From: an uncultured virus (IMG/VR IMGVR_UViG_3300002124_000007)
Lineage: Duplodnaviria; Heunggongvirae; Uroviricota; Caudoviricetes
Direction: 5' to 3' (one strand)
Virus record (IMG/VR): IMGVR_UViG_3300002124_000007
Location: 44,718-64,717 of that record
DNA length: 20,000 nucleotides
Position numbers and translations under genes: made by a program. Positions 1 through 9,761 of this stretch are shown here, piece by piece; position 1 is the stretch's first letter, and every line of letters starts with the position of its first letter. Below the pieces are notes generated by a model that had not been told where the DNA came from, made no database searches, and saw only the letters and a list, made by a program, of their open reading frames with translations.

Positions 1-330
1 AACTTCTCTCACAATAACTGTACTAAAATTGATTCCATTGGCTGTGAAAGGATGTCCATGATATAAATCAAAAATTATGCTGGCTATGTGAGAAGCCTGC
101 TTGCTGGATTTCTCTGCGGAATAAACTTCCAAATCAACATCAGCATCATCCGGCCCACAGCGGTTGATGGATGGGCGAAAAGCTAAAGCCACACGCACAT
201 TGGGATATACCCAATCAGTCGATTGGTATTCCACTTCTCGTATCTCATCTCCCACCAAAGCTACAAGAGTTGTTCTAGTTTTTAGATTGGCAATCCAAGC
301 TTCCTTGAATGTCTCCGGTGTAGCACTCAT
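1..330 (-). CDS. Putative tail terminator / tail-completion protein (SPP1 gp17 / DUF3168-like); 3' end beyond the window
   Basis: Not in the ORF track. ATG at 330 overlaps the TGA of 327..869 (ATGA). Frame is open to base 1: MSATPETFKEAWIANLKTRTTLVALVGDEIREVEYQSTDWVYPNVRVALAF...DVDLEVYSAEKSSKQASHIASIIFDLYHG. 'LVALVGDEI..YP.V.V' pattern and position after a gp10-like gene fit this family. Confidence 0.65.
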   Translation of the reverse strand, partial: MSATPETFKEAWIANLKTRTTLVALVGDEIREVEYQSTDWVYPNVRVALAFRPSINRCGPDDADVDLEVYSAEKSSKQASHIASIIFDLYHGHPFTANGINFSTVIVREV

Positions 331-869
331 CTAGTTTTCCTCCCAAAACTTTCTCGCAAATCTCCCACAATTGCATTTCGTATTTCCAGAGATAAATCTG
401 CTTTGGCTCTTTTGCGAAGTTCCTTCATGGCGGGAGCAATATAACCCTTTCCAGCATTTGCCGCTTGAATGCCTGGATGTTGTACAGATGGAAGCAATAC
501 TCGACCATCAGGAGCAAACACAAAGCGTTCTGGATTAGCATTAGCCACGTCCCAATCAAAGGCAAGCACCTTTTTATTCTTAGGAAGAATTGGATACTTT
601 TGTTTTGTTCCACGCCTAGCCCTAAGACCAGAGCCAAATTCCTGCGCTCGTGCATCACTACTTCCATAATTAGGATGTCCAGGGCCAGTAGGATTTGCAA
701 ATCTATCTGCAGTAGTCCTGATAATAAAAGTTCCATCCCCTTTATCTTCTACTTTGCTTGAAATATAAGGCTTGATATGGTCAGGAGCAAAAGACTTGGC
801 AAGCAAAGTAAGCTGCCCCGCCCAAGCCCTTGCTCGTTTGATTAGGTTACTTTTTAGTCTAGCACTCAT
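327..869 (-). CDS. HK97 gp10-like neck/tail-completion protein
   Basis: Basic 180-aa protein with ARAQEFGSG (cf. YAxxxEFGT), YPILPKNKKVLAF, SVQHPG and GYIAPAM; lies between head-closure-like and terminator-like genes. Confidence 0.7.
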   Translation of the reverse strand: MSARLKSNLIKRARAWAGQLTLLAKSFAPDHIKPYISSKVEDKGDGTFIIRTTADRFANPTGPGHPNYGSSDARAQEFGSGLRARRGTKQKYPILPKNKKVLAFDWDVANANPERFVFAPDGRVLLPSVQHPGIQAANAGKGYIAPAMKELRKRAKADLSLEIRNAIVGDLRESFGRKTR

Positions 870-1267
870 TGTAGATTGTTTGGATTAGCTGTCTCAAGCC
901 TGCGAAGTGTCACTTGTAAGAACCGTCTATCATCGTTATACGAGACAGGGCGAATTCCTATAATGACAAACTTCTTGCCATAATATCCAGAGATGGGAGG
1001 ATGTGTCACCTCGTACTGATCGTTGTGCAAAACATCGAACGAGCCAGTAGGAGAATATGTAGCATAAGAAAATGTGGCCGTAAATATTTCTGGCGTCTCC
1101 AAGCCCTGCTCAAGCAGAGCAAGTGTGGGCTTTTCTGATCGGATACGTGACCAGACAGGCTCATATAAAATTGTACCTGTAGGAACTGCGCCTCCTACAG
1201 AATCATCGGCAGGGGTTGTTAGCCGCCAAATCCTTCCTTTAAGGTTTAATCCCGCAATATTTGTCAT
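866..1267 (-). CDS. Putative head closure / head-tail adaptor protein (SPP1 gp16-like)
   Basis: 133 aa, beta-rich: DDSVGGAVPT..LYEPVWSRI, then KKFVIIGIRPV...RFLQVTLRR; synteny with flanking neck genes; ATGA overlaps at both ends. Confidence 0.6.
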   Translation of the reverse strand: MTNIAGLNLKGRIWRLTTPADDSVGGAVPTGTILYEPVWSRIRSEKPTLALLEQGLETPEIFTATFSYATYSPTGSFDVLHNDQYEVTHPPISGYYGKKFVIIGIRPVSYNDDRRFLQVTLRRLETANPNNLQ

Positions 1268-1983
1268 GCAAACAAGACTCTACGAGCTTTTTTCACGGAC
1301 ATATCAATCAACTTCTTTGCGCGCTGGCTTCTAGCATCGTCCCCAAGAGCAGTTTTTACTAAAGCATGTTCAGCACGTTTTTCTGAATAGTCTAATGATT
1401 TGAATTCTTGTATCCCTACAGCCCCCACACTTTCGTTCTGTCCCACCTCACCTGGGAACATATCGTCCAAAGCAATTTGCGCCACAATCGTCAAAGCCCT
1501 CAAAATTCCTGGCTGTGTAGATGTGCCTGTGGGAAGCCCCGCTTGATACGCTAATTGAATTTGGTATGGCGCATACATAGAGACATAAGGCGAAGAAGGA
1601 TAACCCCACCAAGACCAGCCACAAGCAGACGATAATTGCCTGAAGTCTATATAGCCAAACGTGTCCTGATAGATGTATCCACACCCATCATTAGCGGTCA
1701 GGCTACAATCGTTGCAACTCTGTTTGGTCAGGATGCTTACGCTCAACAATTGCTGGACATATCCATAATCAGTAGCAAGCCTGTTTTGATGCATAAATGG
1801 ATATGTGCCAGTCATAGTGACAGGAAGCAGAGGCGCACCAATATAGCTTGTAGCCTGCATCTCTGCCATCAGGTAAGCATTTTGCAGGATGGCAGAAGCA
1901 AAAGTGCCAGTCCCATTCCCGCCATATTGGGAAAACACTGTGTCATTCAAGATGATTGGAGAATTAAATGGATATACTTGCAT
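1264..1983 (-). CDS. Putative head-tail connector / adaptor (SPP1 gp15 / HK97 gp6-like)
   Basis: AILQNAYLMAEMQATSYIGAPL, QIQLAYQAGL, LRALTIVAQIAL, IQEFKSLDYSEKR follow the usual connector layout; first gene of the neck module. Confidence 0.6.
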   Translation of the reverse strand: MQVYPFNSPIILNDTVFSQYGGNGTGTFASAILQNAYLMAEMQATSYIGAPLLPVTMTGTYPFMHQNRLATDYGYVQQLLSVSILTKQSCNDCSLTANDGCGYIYQDTFGYIDFRQLSSACGWSWWGYPSSPYVSMYAPYQIQLAYQAGLPTGTSTQPGILRALTIVAQIALDDMFPGEVGQNESVGAVGIQEFKSLDYSEKRAEHALVKTALGDDARSQRAKKLIDMSVKKARRVLFA

Positions 1984-1989
1984 GTAATA

Positions 1990-2018
1990 ATTCTACTTCC
2001 TTACTCCCCTTCTCACAA
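1990..2018 (-). promoter_or_regulatory. sigma70-like promoter for the head-tail module (TTGTGA-17-TAGAAT)
   Basis: Minus strand TTGTGA (2018-2013), 17-nt spacer, TAGAAT (1995-1990), then 6 nt to the ATG at 1983. Confidence 0.5.
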
Positions 2019-2025
2019 ATAACTC

Positions 2026-2871
2026 TTACCAGAAGTCGCCCGATGTCCAAGCCATAAGACCTGTTGCCGCCCACTTGGATTGAAAGATCATTTTGTTGTG
2101 CTGAAGGGGAAACGGTCTGCGCTTCTTCTCTGCCGTTCCACCAACATAATGATATCCTGTGGCATGAGTATTTACATAGTTTCTAAGTCCTGCCGCACGA
2201 ACCTTGAAGCACAAGTCCACATCTTCCCATGTCCCCAAACCATAGACAGGATCAAAACCCTGCAACTTATTGAATAGATTTCTGCGAATAGTCAAGCAAG
2301 CTCCGGTAATCGCAATCACATCTCGATTGATACAGGTTCTTGGATTCTCTGGACTCCATCCCACTAAAGGATGTTCTGCATCACCACGAATATTTAGAGC
2401 CATGCCCACGTGCTGAACCTTACCCGCTGGACGAATAGGTGACGTGGAATCTGGTGGGAAGATCAGCTTGATTCCTACTGTCCCTACCGTTTCATCTTTG
2501 AATGTATCTACCACCTTTTGAATTGTGCCTTCGTGAATCTCAACATCATCATTCAAAAACATAATGAGGGGCGCAGACCCCATTCTTGCTCCTTCATTAT
2601 TTGATTGTGAAAATCCCAATTCTTGCTTGAAGTGCTTGACTTGCAAGGATAATACAGAACTTCCTTCGCGCTTGAAAAACAATTCACTGTTGTCTCGATA
2701 TTCTTCGGCGGGAGATGCATTGTCCATAATATAAATAGAAAGTGGAACGCTTTCTGCTTCTCGATACAAAGCATCAAGACACTTGGAGAGCATATCAAAT
2801 CTGCCGCCAGTAACGATAACTACATCTAACACAGATTTTTGGCTACTCTGATGCTTCTGTTTTCGGCTCAT
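2026..2871 (-). CDS. Glycosyltransferase family 2 (GT-A fold, WbbL/RfbC-like)
   Basis: VVIVT..., MDNAS, GFSQSNNEG, FLNDD (DxD-like), AITGACL, GFDPVYGLGTWEDVDLC. Confidence 0.92.
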   Translation of the reverse strand: MSRKQKHQSSQKSVLDVVIVTGGRFDMLSKCLDALYREAESVPLSIYIMDNASPAEEYRDNSELFFKREGSSVLSLQVKHFKQELGFSQSNNEGARMGSAPLIMFLNDDVEIHEGTIQKVVDTFKDETVGTVGIKLIFPPDSTSPIRPAGKVQHVGMALNIRGDAEHPLVGWSPENPRTCINRDVIAITGACLTIRRNLFNKLQGFDPVYGLGTWEDVDLCFKVRAAGLRNYVNTHATGYHYVGGTAEKKRRPFPLQHNKMIFQSKWAATGLMAWTSGDFW

Positions 2872-4018
2872 CTTTTGTTATCTCCACAATTTTATCGTGC
2901 AACTGTTTGGCAGGAATATCCCATGTGCGCTTGGATACATAATCATATGCATTGTCTATAATTCGTGTGTGTGTCGTAGATAGATTTTCTTTGCTCGATA
3001 AGGCCCATTGCATGTCTCTTAGTGTAGATGCGGTTTCAGAACGATTAAGCATATCCCGCTTAGAATTGCCCCACACATCTGTAAAAGTATATTCAGAATT
3101 AATGAGCCATCCTCTATGCTCAGACAACAACTCATGCATTGCCCCTGTATCAGTTGCCACAACAGGAATTCTCATGCACATAGCGTCCAGTACAGGAAGC
3201 CCTAAGCCTTCTGCTTTAGACGGTTGCAAATACACATCAGCAATTGCATATAAAGCCCACAAATCTTTCTGTGGCATCCCTCGCTCATATGGAGTATATT
3301 CTTGATTGATCCCTAACTTTGTGGCAAGATCACGGAGCTTGAAACCATACGGATTTTGCTCACGAGTAACAATAACATATTTGATAGGGCGAGTGATTTC
3401 CTTTTTCAGTTTGGAAATAGCATCCATCCCCGCCCACAAATTTTTACGCTCCTGATTATCAGCAACGGTTAGTACAACAAAAGCATCCTGCGGAATTCCT
3501 AATCCGTCTCGAAATCTTTTCTTTTCTTCGGACGTAGCCGGATGCCATGACACCGTGTCAACGCCTATCTGAAGATGTTCTGCCTTGGTCACACCTGCCA
3601 GATGAGCCTCATCTGTTCCCAACTGTGAAATAAAGAATACACCATCCATATTGATAAGGGGTGCTGCCCAAGTCATACAGAGCGGCCCATTCTCAAGAGG
3701 AGTGATAGCAATATATTTCTTTCCAAATTTAGCAAACGTCTCATATAGACGAGATTGAATAGGTAAATCCATTCCCACAATCAGCGCATCAGGATTCCAA
3801 AGTTGAATAAGATTAGTGGCTATGACCGAGGCTTCTTCGATTGTTGCAGTAGGAATAACCGAGAAAGGATAGTTATGCTCCTCCCCTTGATACATAAATC
3901 CGATTAATTTAGTTTCATAATCATCTATTTTCTGTAGTTCCGTAAGTAGAGGAGCCATGATATGTTTATACCCACTACCTACAGAATCAAAATCAGTAAT
4001 AACTAATATCTTTTTCAC
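2843..4018 (-). CDS. Glycosyltransferase family 4 (GT-B fold)
   Basis: VADNQERKN, YAIADVYLQPSKAEGLGLPVLDAM, PVVATDTGA. Start placed at GTG 4018 (GTGA overlap, GGAGGAG upstream) rather than 4039. Confidence 0.92.
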   Translation of the reverse strand: MKKILVITDFDSVGSGYKHIMAPLLTELQKIDDYETKLIGFMYQGEEHNYPFSVIPTATIEEASVIATNLIQLWNPDALIVGMDLPIQSRLYETFAKFGKKYIAITPLENGPLCMTWAAPLINMDGVFFISQLGTDEAHLAGVTKAEHLQIGVDTVSWHPATSEEKKRFRDGLGIPQDAFVVLTVADNQERKNLWAGMDAISKLKKEITRPIKYVIVTREQNPYGFKLRDLATKLGINQEYTPYERGMPQKDLWALYAIADVYLQPSKAEGLGLPVLDAMCMRIPVVATDTGAMHELLSEHRGWLINSEYTFTDVWGNSKRDMLNRSETASTLRDMQWALSSKENLSTTHTRIIDNAYDYVSKRTWDIPAKQLHDKIVEITKDEPKTEASE

Positions 4019-5052
4019 GAGAAGACTTTCTCCTCCCAAGTATTCAGAATAGTCTCTACACTAAATCGTTTCTTGGCAACCTCACGCACCCATTCTTGTT
4101 TTTGTACCAATTTTGGGTCGGTCAATAACTCTATAGCGTTCTTTACAAATATGTCCTGCCATCTTGGGTCTTGAGCATTGCCATGAAGCACTCTCCCCAT
4201 ATTTGTAGTCTTTAAGGCTCCTGCATCCGTTGAGATTGGAAACACACCCGCTACCTGACTTTCTGCCACAGAGATACAAAACTGCTCATCAAAAATACAT
4301 GGGTAAAGATGAATATCAGCTTCTTGTTGAATTTTTACTAGTTCACTTCTCTTGATAGCTCCGTGATAAATCACATTTGGATGGTGAGCATAAGATAATT
4401 TGAAATGCCGAATTTGTTCTTCTGTACACCAGTCAGCCCATAATCTCCAATCCGATGTAATGACAAGAGATGCTTCTGGAACTTCAACATGAATACGTGG
4501 CCATGCCGCATGAAGCTCCATTACTCCCCTATCAGGGATAGATGTAAAGATGCACCGCTTAGGGATTTTTTGTACAGATTCCGAATACTCCCATGTGCGT
4601 ACTGGCAAATCAATCGCAATTCCATCTGTGATACCATACATCTCTTTAAAATAATTGGCGTGATGCGAGGATATATTCACTACCTTTTCTACATGACCGC
4701 GAAACTCTTTGAAGTCATCTACTGTATAACTATCACATGACCACCAAATTTTCTTGCCATTAGCTCCATCTATTCTTCTATTGGGAGAGCGAAAGACAAT
4801 CAATATATCTCTTTCATCTGATGGATTGAATTCTCCAAGCGTCTTTTGTTTGAAAGAAGATGCCCCGCCTTCCTTGGGATCATTATACAATGTGACATCG
4901 TTACCGTAATACTGCCACGCTCCACACATCGTCAGCAAGGCAAGCTCCGCCCCACCTACTCCCATGCGCCCATCTTCACCACGCATAGTTTTTTCTGTTA
5001 CCCCTAATGGCGAACCGTCGTTACATAGAACGTGAATAATTCTTCCTGTCAT
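4015..5052 (-). CDS. Glycosyltransferase family 4 (GT-B fold)
   Basis: GVGGAELA, FTSIPDRG, ADIHLYPCIFDEQFCISVAESQVAG (Ex7E motif), STDAGAL. Confidence 0.9.
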   Translation of the reverse strand: MTGRIIHVLCNDGSPLGVTEKTMRGEDGRMGVGGAELALLTMCGAWQYYGNDVTLYNDPKEGGASSFKQKTLGEFNPSDERDILIVFRSPNRRIDGANGKKIWWSCDSYTVDDFKEFRGHVEKVVNISSHHANYFKEMYGITDGIAIDLPVRTWEYSESVQKIPKRCIFTSIPDRGVMELHAAWPRIHVEVPEASLVITSDWRLWADWCTEEQIRHFKLSYAHHPNVIYHGAIKRSELVKIQQEADIHLYPCIFDEQFCISVAESQVAGVFPISTDAGALKTTNMGRVLHGNAQDPRWQDIFVKNAIELLTDPKLVQKQEWVREVAKKRFSVETILNTWEEKVFS

Positions 5053-5249
5053 TCTACAATCTTTCTTCTAATAATAACCTGAAGCGTAATCCCCTCGGTC
5101 AATTCTTTTTCATCTCTTGATAAAGGAAGTTTATATATTTCATCCAAAGCTCGCTTTAGGTCATCTAGATTATCTATATAATTAGTTCCCAAGGCAACTG
5201 TATCCCTTTTCTCGTTTAGACTATAAATTGAATAATTCCAATATCTCAT
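5049..5249 (-). CDS. Small hypothetical protein
   Basis: 66 aa; ATGA overlaps with both neighbours. Confidence 0.65.
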   Translation of the reverse strand: MRYWNYSIYSLNEKRDTVALGTNYIDNLDDLKRALDEIYKLPLSRDEKELTEGITLQVIIRRKIVE

Positions 5250-6496
5250 TTTGATATTCCTTCTTCTTCTAATTCTTTATTGAGTTTGTGCCAAAAGTCA
5301 TCAATCTCCTGCACCGAGACTTTTGATGTGGAGACAAATGAATGGTTCATATCATTCTTGCCCATATAGAACCAATCATCTGAAACATTATGCTCTATTC
5401 TAATATCGTAATTTTCTGGATGATTCCCCAAGGGTGTTCCAGGGAACGGTATAAGTCTTCCAACTTGCACTCTATCAGGTCTATACTCAAGTATCCACTT
5501 CCTAGTTTCTTGCATGGTAGCCAACGATTCCCCTGGGAGTCCGAGTATAAAGGATGTTTTACACCGTATCCCAAGTTCTTTGCACCACCTAACAATATTC
5601 GTATCCTGTTCAATCGTAGTCTTTTTGGTAATATTGTTCTTGATTTCGTTAGAAGCACTCTCCACTCCAACAAAAATTTCAACCAATCCGCCATCTCTTA
5701 GTTCTTTAAGATAGTCATATCCGCCCTGATTGTTGATGATATCACTCCGCAGGAAGCATCGCCAGATCATATTATATTTTCTATGTAGCTTCATTAATTC
5801 CAGCGTACGTTTTTTGTACAATGGAAGGATGTCATCGTAGTACGCAAGAGCCTGATAGCCTAAAGATTGTGCTTCTTTGATTTGATACTCCACTACATCC
5901 AAAGGTTCATAACGTGTAAGCCTGTCCCAAATGACGCCATGCCTTCCTGACTCACAAAATGCACATTCCAACGGACATCCACGAGAGGTGAACATAGTCG
6001 TGCAATCTATCTTTGTTCCATCTAAGTCTGTGAGTTGAGAAGAATACTTGCGTGACCATCTACGAACAGGAGGGATTACCCAATCCAATGTACGAGAGAT
6101 AGGAACAGAAAGATAAGGATTATCGTAATCTGGATTATGTAAAATTGTATGTATACTTTCTGGACTATCTGACTCTCCTCCTACAATCAAATCGTAATCT
6201 AAGTCTTTACAACTATCAGGATTTGCCCATACAGATGCCCCACCAAGAATCAATCTAGCATCATATCCGCCTAAAGACTTAGCAAGAGATTTAATTTCTT
6301 TCATCTGTGGGCTGGTAGCAGAAATCCAAATCTCATCATATACGTTAGAAGGTAATTCATCTACGTTCAAATCAAAAAATTCTGTTGTATGTCCTAATGA
6401 TTCTAAACGGGCCGCAAGATAAAAAAGTCCCAACGGCTGAAAAACCATAGGCATTTCAAGAAAAGTGCTTTTAGGCATTACCAAGGCAATGTTCAT
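5246..6496 (-). CDS. Cobalamin-binding (class B) radical SAM protein, probable methyltransferase
   Basis: N-terminal B12-binding domain (QPLGLFYLAARL, ILGGA), TSRGCPLECAFC (CxxxCxxC), YDD, VGVESAS, SFILGLPGES, PFPGTPL. Start placed at ATG 6496 (ATGA overlap). Confidence 0.9.
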   Translation of the reverse strand: MNIALVMPKSTFLEMPMVFQPLGLFYLAARLESLGHTTEFFDLNVDELPSNVYDEIWISATSPQMKEIKSLAKSLGGYDARLILGGASVWANPDSCKDLDYDLIVGGESDSPESIHTILHNPDYDNPYLSVPISRTLDWVIPPVRRWSRKYSSQLTDLDGTKIDCTTMFTSRGCPLECAFCESGRHGVIWDRLTRYEPLDVVEYQIKEAQSLGYQALAYYDDILPLYKKRTLELMKLHRKYNMIWRCFLRSDIINNQGGYDYLKELRDGGLVEIFVGVESASNEIKNNITKKTTIEQDTNIVRWCKELGIRCKTSFILGLPGESLATMQETRKWILEYRPDRVQVGRLIPFPGTPLGNHPENYDIRIEHNVSDDWFYMGKNDMNHSFVSTSKVSVQEIDDFWHKLNKELEEEGISK

Positions 6497-7185
6497 TCTT
6501 GCGCCCAATCCGGTAAATCTCTCAACTCTCCATTGGTTTCCAACGGATGTAACATAGGAAGTCCAAGAGCATTATACCGTTTCAACTTGGCATATATCGT
6601 GTCTGGCCCATAAGATTTATGCAGAAGACAGTACGGAGGCTTTAATTTCATGGTCACAGACTCATCCGCCAATCCAAGAAGCGTCCCATGTCGTACTGAC
6701 ATGTCAGCATAAATATCTACTACATCAGGACGCCAAGCCCATAGAGAACGATAATCTTCATGGAAATCCCTATTCATATAAGGAAAGTATTTATCATCTC
6801 CCCATAGATATAGACGGAAGGTATTTATTTGATGATATTGAAACATGTGTGCATATTTAAATATCGCCCTAGCCTCTTGTCTTAGAGTAAATGTTGGCAC
6901 ATCATCCATATCGTCAAAGATAATCCAATCTGGCTTCAATTCTTTTGCGGCATCTAACACAAAATTCATGTGTGGCGCATCTGGATTCCAAGTCTGCCCA
7001 TCTACTGTTTCTTGCTCTGTAAAGTGTAATAATTTCACTTTGGGATATTTCTTTAACATTTCCACAGAGTTGTCGGTTGAGCCTCCATCAGAGACTACAA
7101 TCATATCTGCAAAATCATAGCCACGCATGAAGCGTTCAATGTTCTTCTCTTCATTGTAACAGCGTACAGCCACTACAATTTTCAT
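6493..7185 (-). CDS. Glycosyltransferase family 2
   Basis: VRCYNEEKNIERF, VSDGGSTDNSVE, WIIFDDMDD. Start placed at ATG 7185 (ATGA overlap). Confidence 0.88.
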   Translation of the reverse strand: MKIVVAVRCYNEEKNIERFMRGYDFADMIVVSDGGSTDNSVEMLKKYPKVKLLHFTEQETVDGQTWNPDAPHMNFVLDAAKELKPDWIIFDDMDDVPTFTLRQEARAIFKYAHMFQYHQINTFRLYLWGDDKYFPYMNRDFHEDYRSLWAWRPDVVDIYADMSVRHGTLLGLADESVTMKLKPPYCLLHKSYGPDTIYAKLKRYNALGLPMLHPLETNGELRDLPDWAQE

Positions 7186-7853
7186 ATAATGGGTTCCCAT
7201 ACTACAGGAAAGCCGTTTGCCTTCCTAGCTTCATATACTATTCCATCATACATTGCCAAAGAATTTTCGTCTTTCCACTTATCATGGACATCATAAGGTC
7301 GTTTTCCATGAGCCGAATGTACATGCTCTACGATTGCCCTTTTGTCCCAATAAAACTTATTGAATAGCTTTGCTGTCTCATTAATTTCAGCATCTACACA
7401 CAAATACTCATAGACAGGCGGAGCAATCACTCCTCCCATATACTCTTTGCAATACCTTCTATCAAACATAAATTGTGTAGCAACTTGTAGATTTCCGTCA
7501 TAAGCCAAATCATTGAAGCCAACAACCCCACACCTGCCTAGCTTTTCTGCATGACTTTCTAATCCATACCTGAGCCAGTTCTCGTGGTATATCAAATCAT
7601 CCATAGAGGGGTGAATCATATCACCTGTAGACAACTTCAAACCCTTATTCCAAAGAGATAAAACGTTCCTACGATAATCACTATAATCTACAATACACCC
7701 ATAATCTAAAGCAATTTGGCAAGATTCTAAATCATCATCTATCAACACAATGGTTTCTATATCATAGTCATGAGTAGTTGCAACAAGACTATCCAGCATC
7801 GTTTTCAAAATTGTTGGACGTTTACAAGTGGGCAGAATAACAGAAACTTTCAT
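7182..7853 (-). CDS. Glycosyltransferase family 2
   Basis: MKVSVILPTCKRP, LIDDD, LWNKGLKLSTGD, SMDD, YLCVDAEI, VEHVH. Confidence 0.85.
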   Translation of the reverse strand: MKVSVILPTCKRPTILKTMLDSLVATTHDYDIETIVLIDDDLESCQIALDYGCIVDYSDYRRNVLSLWNKGLKLSTGDMIHPSMDDLIYHENWLRYGLESHAEKLGRCGVVGFNDLAYDGNLQVATQFMFDRRYCKEYMGGVIAPPVYEYLCVDAEINETAKLFNKFYWDKRAIVEHVHSAHGKRPYDVHDKWKDENSLAMYDGIVYEARKANGFPVVWEPII

Positions 7854-8788
7854 CGTTCTAACAACTTCCTTTCAAAATTCTCACGAACATCTTCTACAGC
7901 ATGAGTTCTATAATACCAGTCTACTGTATTTTGCACTCCCTGATCGAATGAGAAGTTTCTTTCCCATCCCAAAGAATGTATTTTTGTAGTATCTGCAATT
8001 TTGATTGGGCCAATAGGCATATCGGAACGAAAAACAATTTTTTTAGGACTCCAACCTACATAATACCAGATGACATCTAAAGCATCCATAGGAGTATATA
8101 GCTTTCCAGAGCCTATATCGACTTCTCCATCATCCATTTTCTCGGCGGCTAACAAGACTCCTTCAACCAAATCCTTTACATAAATCCAGTCTATCTTTTG
8201 ATTTCCATCTCCCCAAACTTCAAAGGGGTCTTGCTGGATAAAAGTCTTGGCGATCAGCGCACCAATGGCTCTATTCTCTTTCATTCGAGGGCCATATACG
8301 GTATAGGGACGGACAGAAATTCCACTAAATGAATTTTCAATGCTGAAGTCCTTCAACATTTGCTCACCCAACGATTTTTCCAGTCCATACACACCATCAA
8401 TTTCTCCAACAGCGCAAGCACTACTAAAAAATACAACCTTTTCAACCTGTTCACACGCCCTAAAAATAGTAGTATCCAGTTCCAAATTTCCCCACATTCT
8501 AGCATTATGATTTGTAAAATATCCCCTTCCCCCATTATCCGAGGCTAGATGAAATATGATATCAGACCCTTTCATAGCATGAACACATGAACTAAAGTTC
8601 CTCAAATCTGCTTGATAAATATATGCATCTTTGGGAATGTTTTTGTATAAGCCTGCTGAAAAGTCATCTACTACAATGACACTTTTTGCGACATTCAATA
8701 AAGATTCTGTAAGATGAGAACCAATAAATCCTGCCCCTCCAAGGACACACACCTGCTTGGATTTCCAAAAATCGTTCAATTTATTCAT
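7850..8788 (-). CDS. NAD-dependent NDP-sugar epimerase/dehydratase (extended SDR), GDP-mannose 3,5-epimerase-like
   Basis: GGAGFIG, HLASDNGGRGYF (cf. LAADMGGMGFI in GME, recalled), SSAC, YGLEK (YxxxK), VWGDGNQ, YVKDLVEG. Confidence 0.85.
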   Translation of the reverse strand: MNKLNDFWKSKQVCVLGGAGFIGSHLTESLLNVAKSVIVVDDFSAGLYKNIPKDAYIYQADLRNFSSCVHAMKGSDIIFHLASDNGGRGYFTNHNARMWGNLELDTTIFRACEQVEKVVFFSSACAVGEIDGVYGLEKSLGEQMLKDFSIENSFSGISVRPYTVYGPRMKENRAIGALIAKTFIQQDPFEVWGDGNQKIDWIYVKDLVEGVLLAAEKMDDGEVDIGSGKLYTPMDALDVIWYYVGWSPKKIVFRSDMPIGPIKIADTTKIHSLGWERNFSFDQGVQNTVDWYYRTHAVEDVRENFERKLLER

Positions 8789-9371
8789 ATCTTAATAAAT
8801 TCAAAAAAGTATTTCTATTCTCATCTAAATCTTTGTATGTCATACTCTTTATCTGCTCGATTGAGTATGAAAGCAAATTGATTTGTGTATCTTTTCTGAC
8901 AATGCCAATTCCACAATCTAAATCATGCACAGTAACATATAAATCAGGACGAGTTCTTAATGTAAGAATTGTTTTCCAAACTTCCCCACACCAGTCAGGA
9001 GATGCCTCTATGTATTTAGGAGTTGCCATCTCTGCTTTTGTGGGATTGCAATCATGAAGAAGAATAACTCCATTAGGGTTCATCCAACGCAAACAATTTT
9101 CTACGTCTCTTAGAGATTGTTCATAAGTATGATCCCCATCTATAAAAGCCGCATCAAAATGAGATGGGTGATAGAAAAAATAATCATCGCTAGACATCTC
9201 ATAAAACGTATCATTCTCATGATTTACAGGAACCGGAAAGTGAACATCTACCCCAATTTTATTCTTGCAGAGGATTGGAAAGAATGAATCTCCATTTCTA
9301 ACCCCGATTTCAAGATAGGTTTCTGCATCCAAAAAATCAATAAACCATTGGATTACATCAACCCTATTCAT
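8781..9371 (-). CDS. Class I SAM-dependent methyltransferase (Methyltransf_24-like)
   Basis: YLEIGVRNG, FDAAFIDGDHTYEQ, GVILLHDCNP, WCGEVWK. Confidence 0.88.
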   Translation of the reverse strand: MNRVDVIQWFIDFLDAETYLEIGVRNGDSFFPILCKNKIGVDVHFPVPVNHENDTFYEMSSDDYFFYHPSHFDAAFIDGDHTYEQSLRDVENCLRWMNPNGVILLHDCNPTKAEMATPKYIEASPDWCGEVWKTILTLRTRPDLYVTVHDLDCGIGIVRKDTQINLLSYSIEQIKSMTYKDLDENRNTFLNLLRYE

Positions 9372-9541
9372 CCTATCATCTCTTTCATTAAGCCTTTCAA
9401 ACTAGACAATTCAGCTTTCAATTCTATTTCAGGTAATTTTGCTAAATCAAATGGAAACATGTGTGGATTTGAATATGCCGCAATCAGGGTTGCCAGGACA
9501 TATAATGTTTCATTCATTTCATTCTCATCAAAAAGTTCCAT
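9368..9541 (-). CDS. Small hypothetical protein
   Basis: Its stop overlaps the methyltransferase start (ATGA). Start uncertain (9541, 9547 or 9568). Confidence 0.5.
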   Translation of the reverse strand: MELFDENEMNETLYVLATLIAAYSNPHMFPFDLAKLPEIELKAELSSLKGLMKEMIG

Positions 9542-9761
9542 TGCCATGCCTAAATTGAGGACAGACAAATTTCTTGTTGTTTTCAGTTAATCCACAGGCA
9601 ATACATTGAGATGTAAACCATTCCTCTAACGTACCAAAATTGTAAGTATAAGAATGATCTTTCAATTCGTGTCCACATTCTGTACAAGTAAGTTCTATCA
9701 TTCTTGACACTGTGTCATTTACTTCTAGTCGTATAATCTTTCCATTTGCTTCTACTATCAT
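9528..9761 (-). CDS. Small putative Zn-binding protein
   Basis: CTECGHELKDH ... CIACG ... CPQF pattern; ATG 9761 overlaps the upstream stop (ATGA). Confidence 0.6.
   Translation of the reverse strand: MIVEANGKIIRLEVNDTVSRMIELTCTECGHELKDHSYTYNFGTLEEWFTSQCIACGLTENNKKFVCPQFRHGNGTF

Noticed and set aside
321..869. 10-bp direct repeat TAGCACTCAT at 321-330 and 860-869 (two adjacent genes both start ATGAGTGCTA)
   Set aside because: Four bases are forced by the ATGA overlap; the remainder is short enough to be chance.
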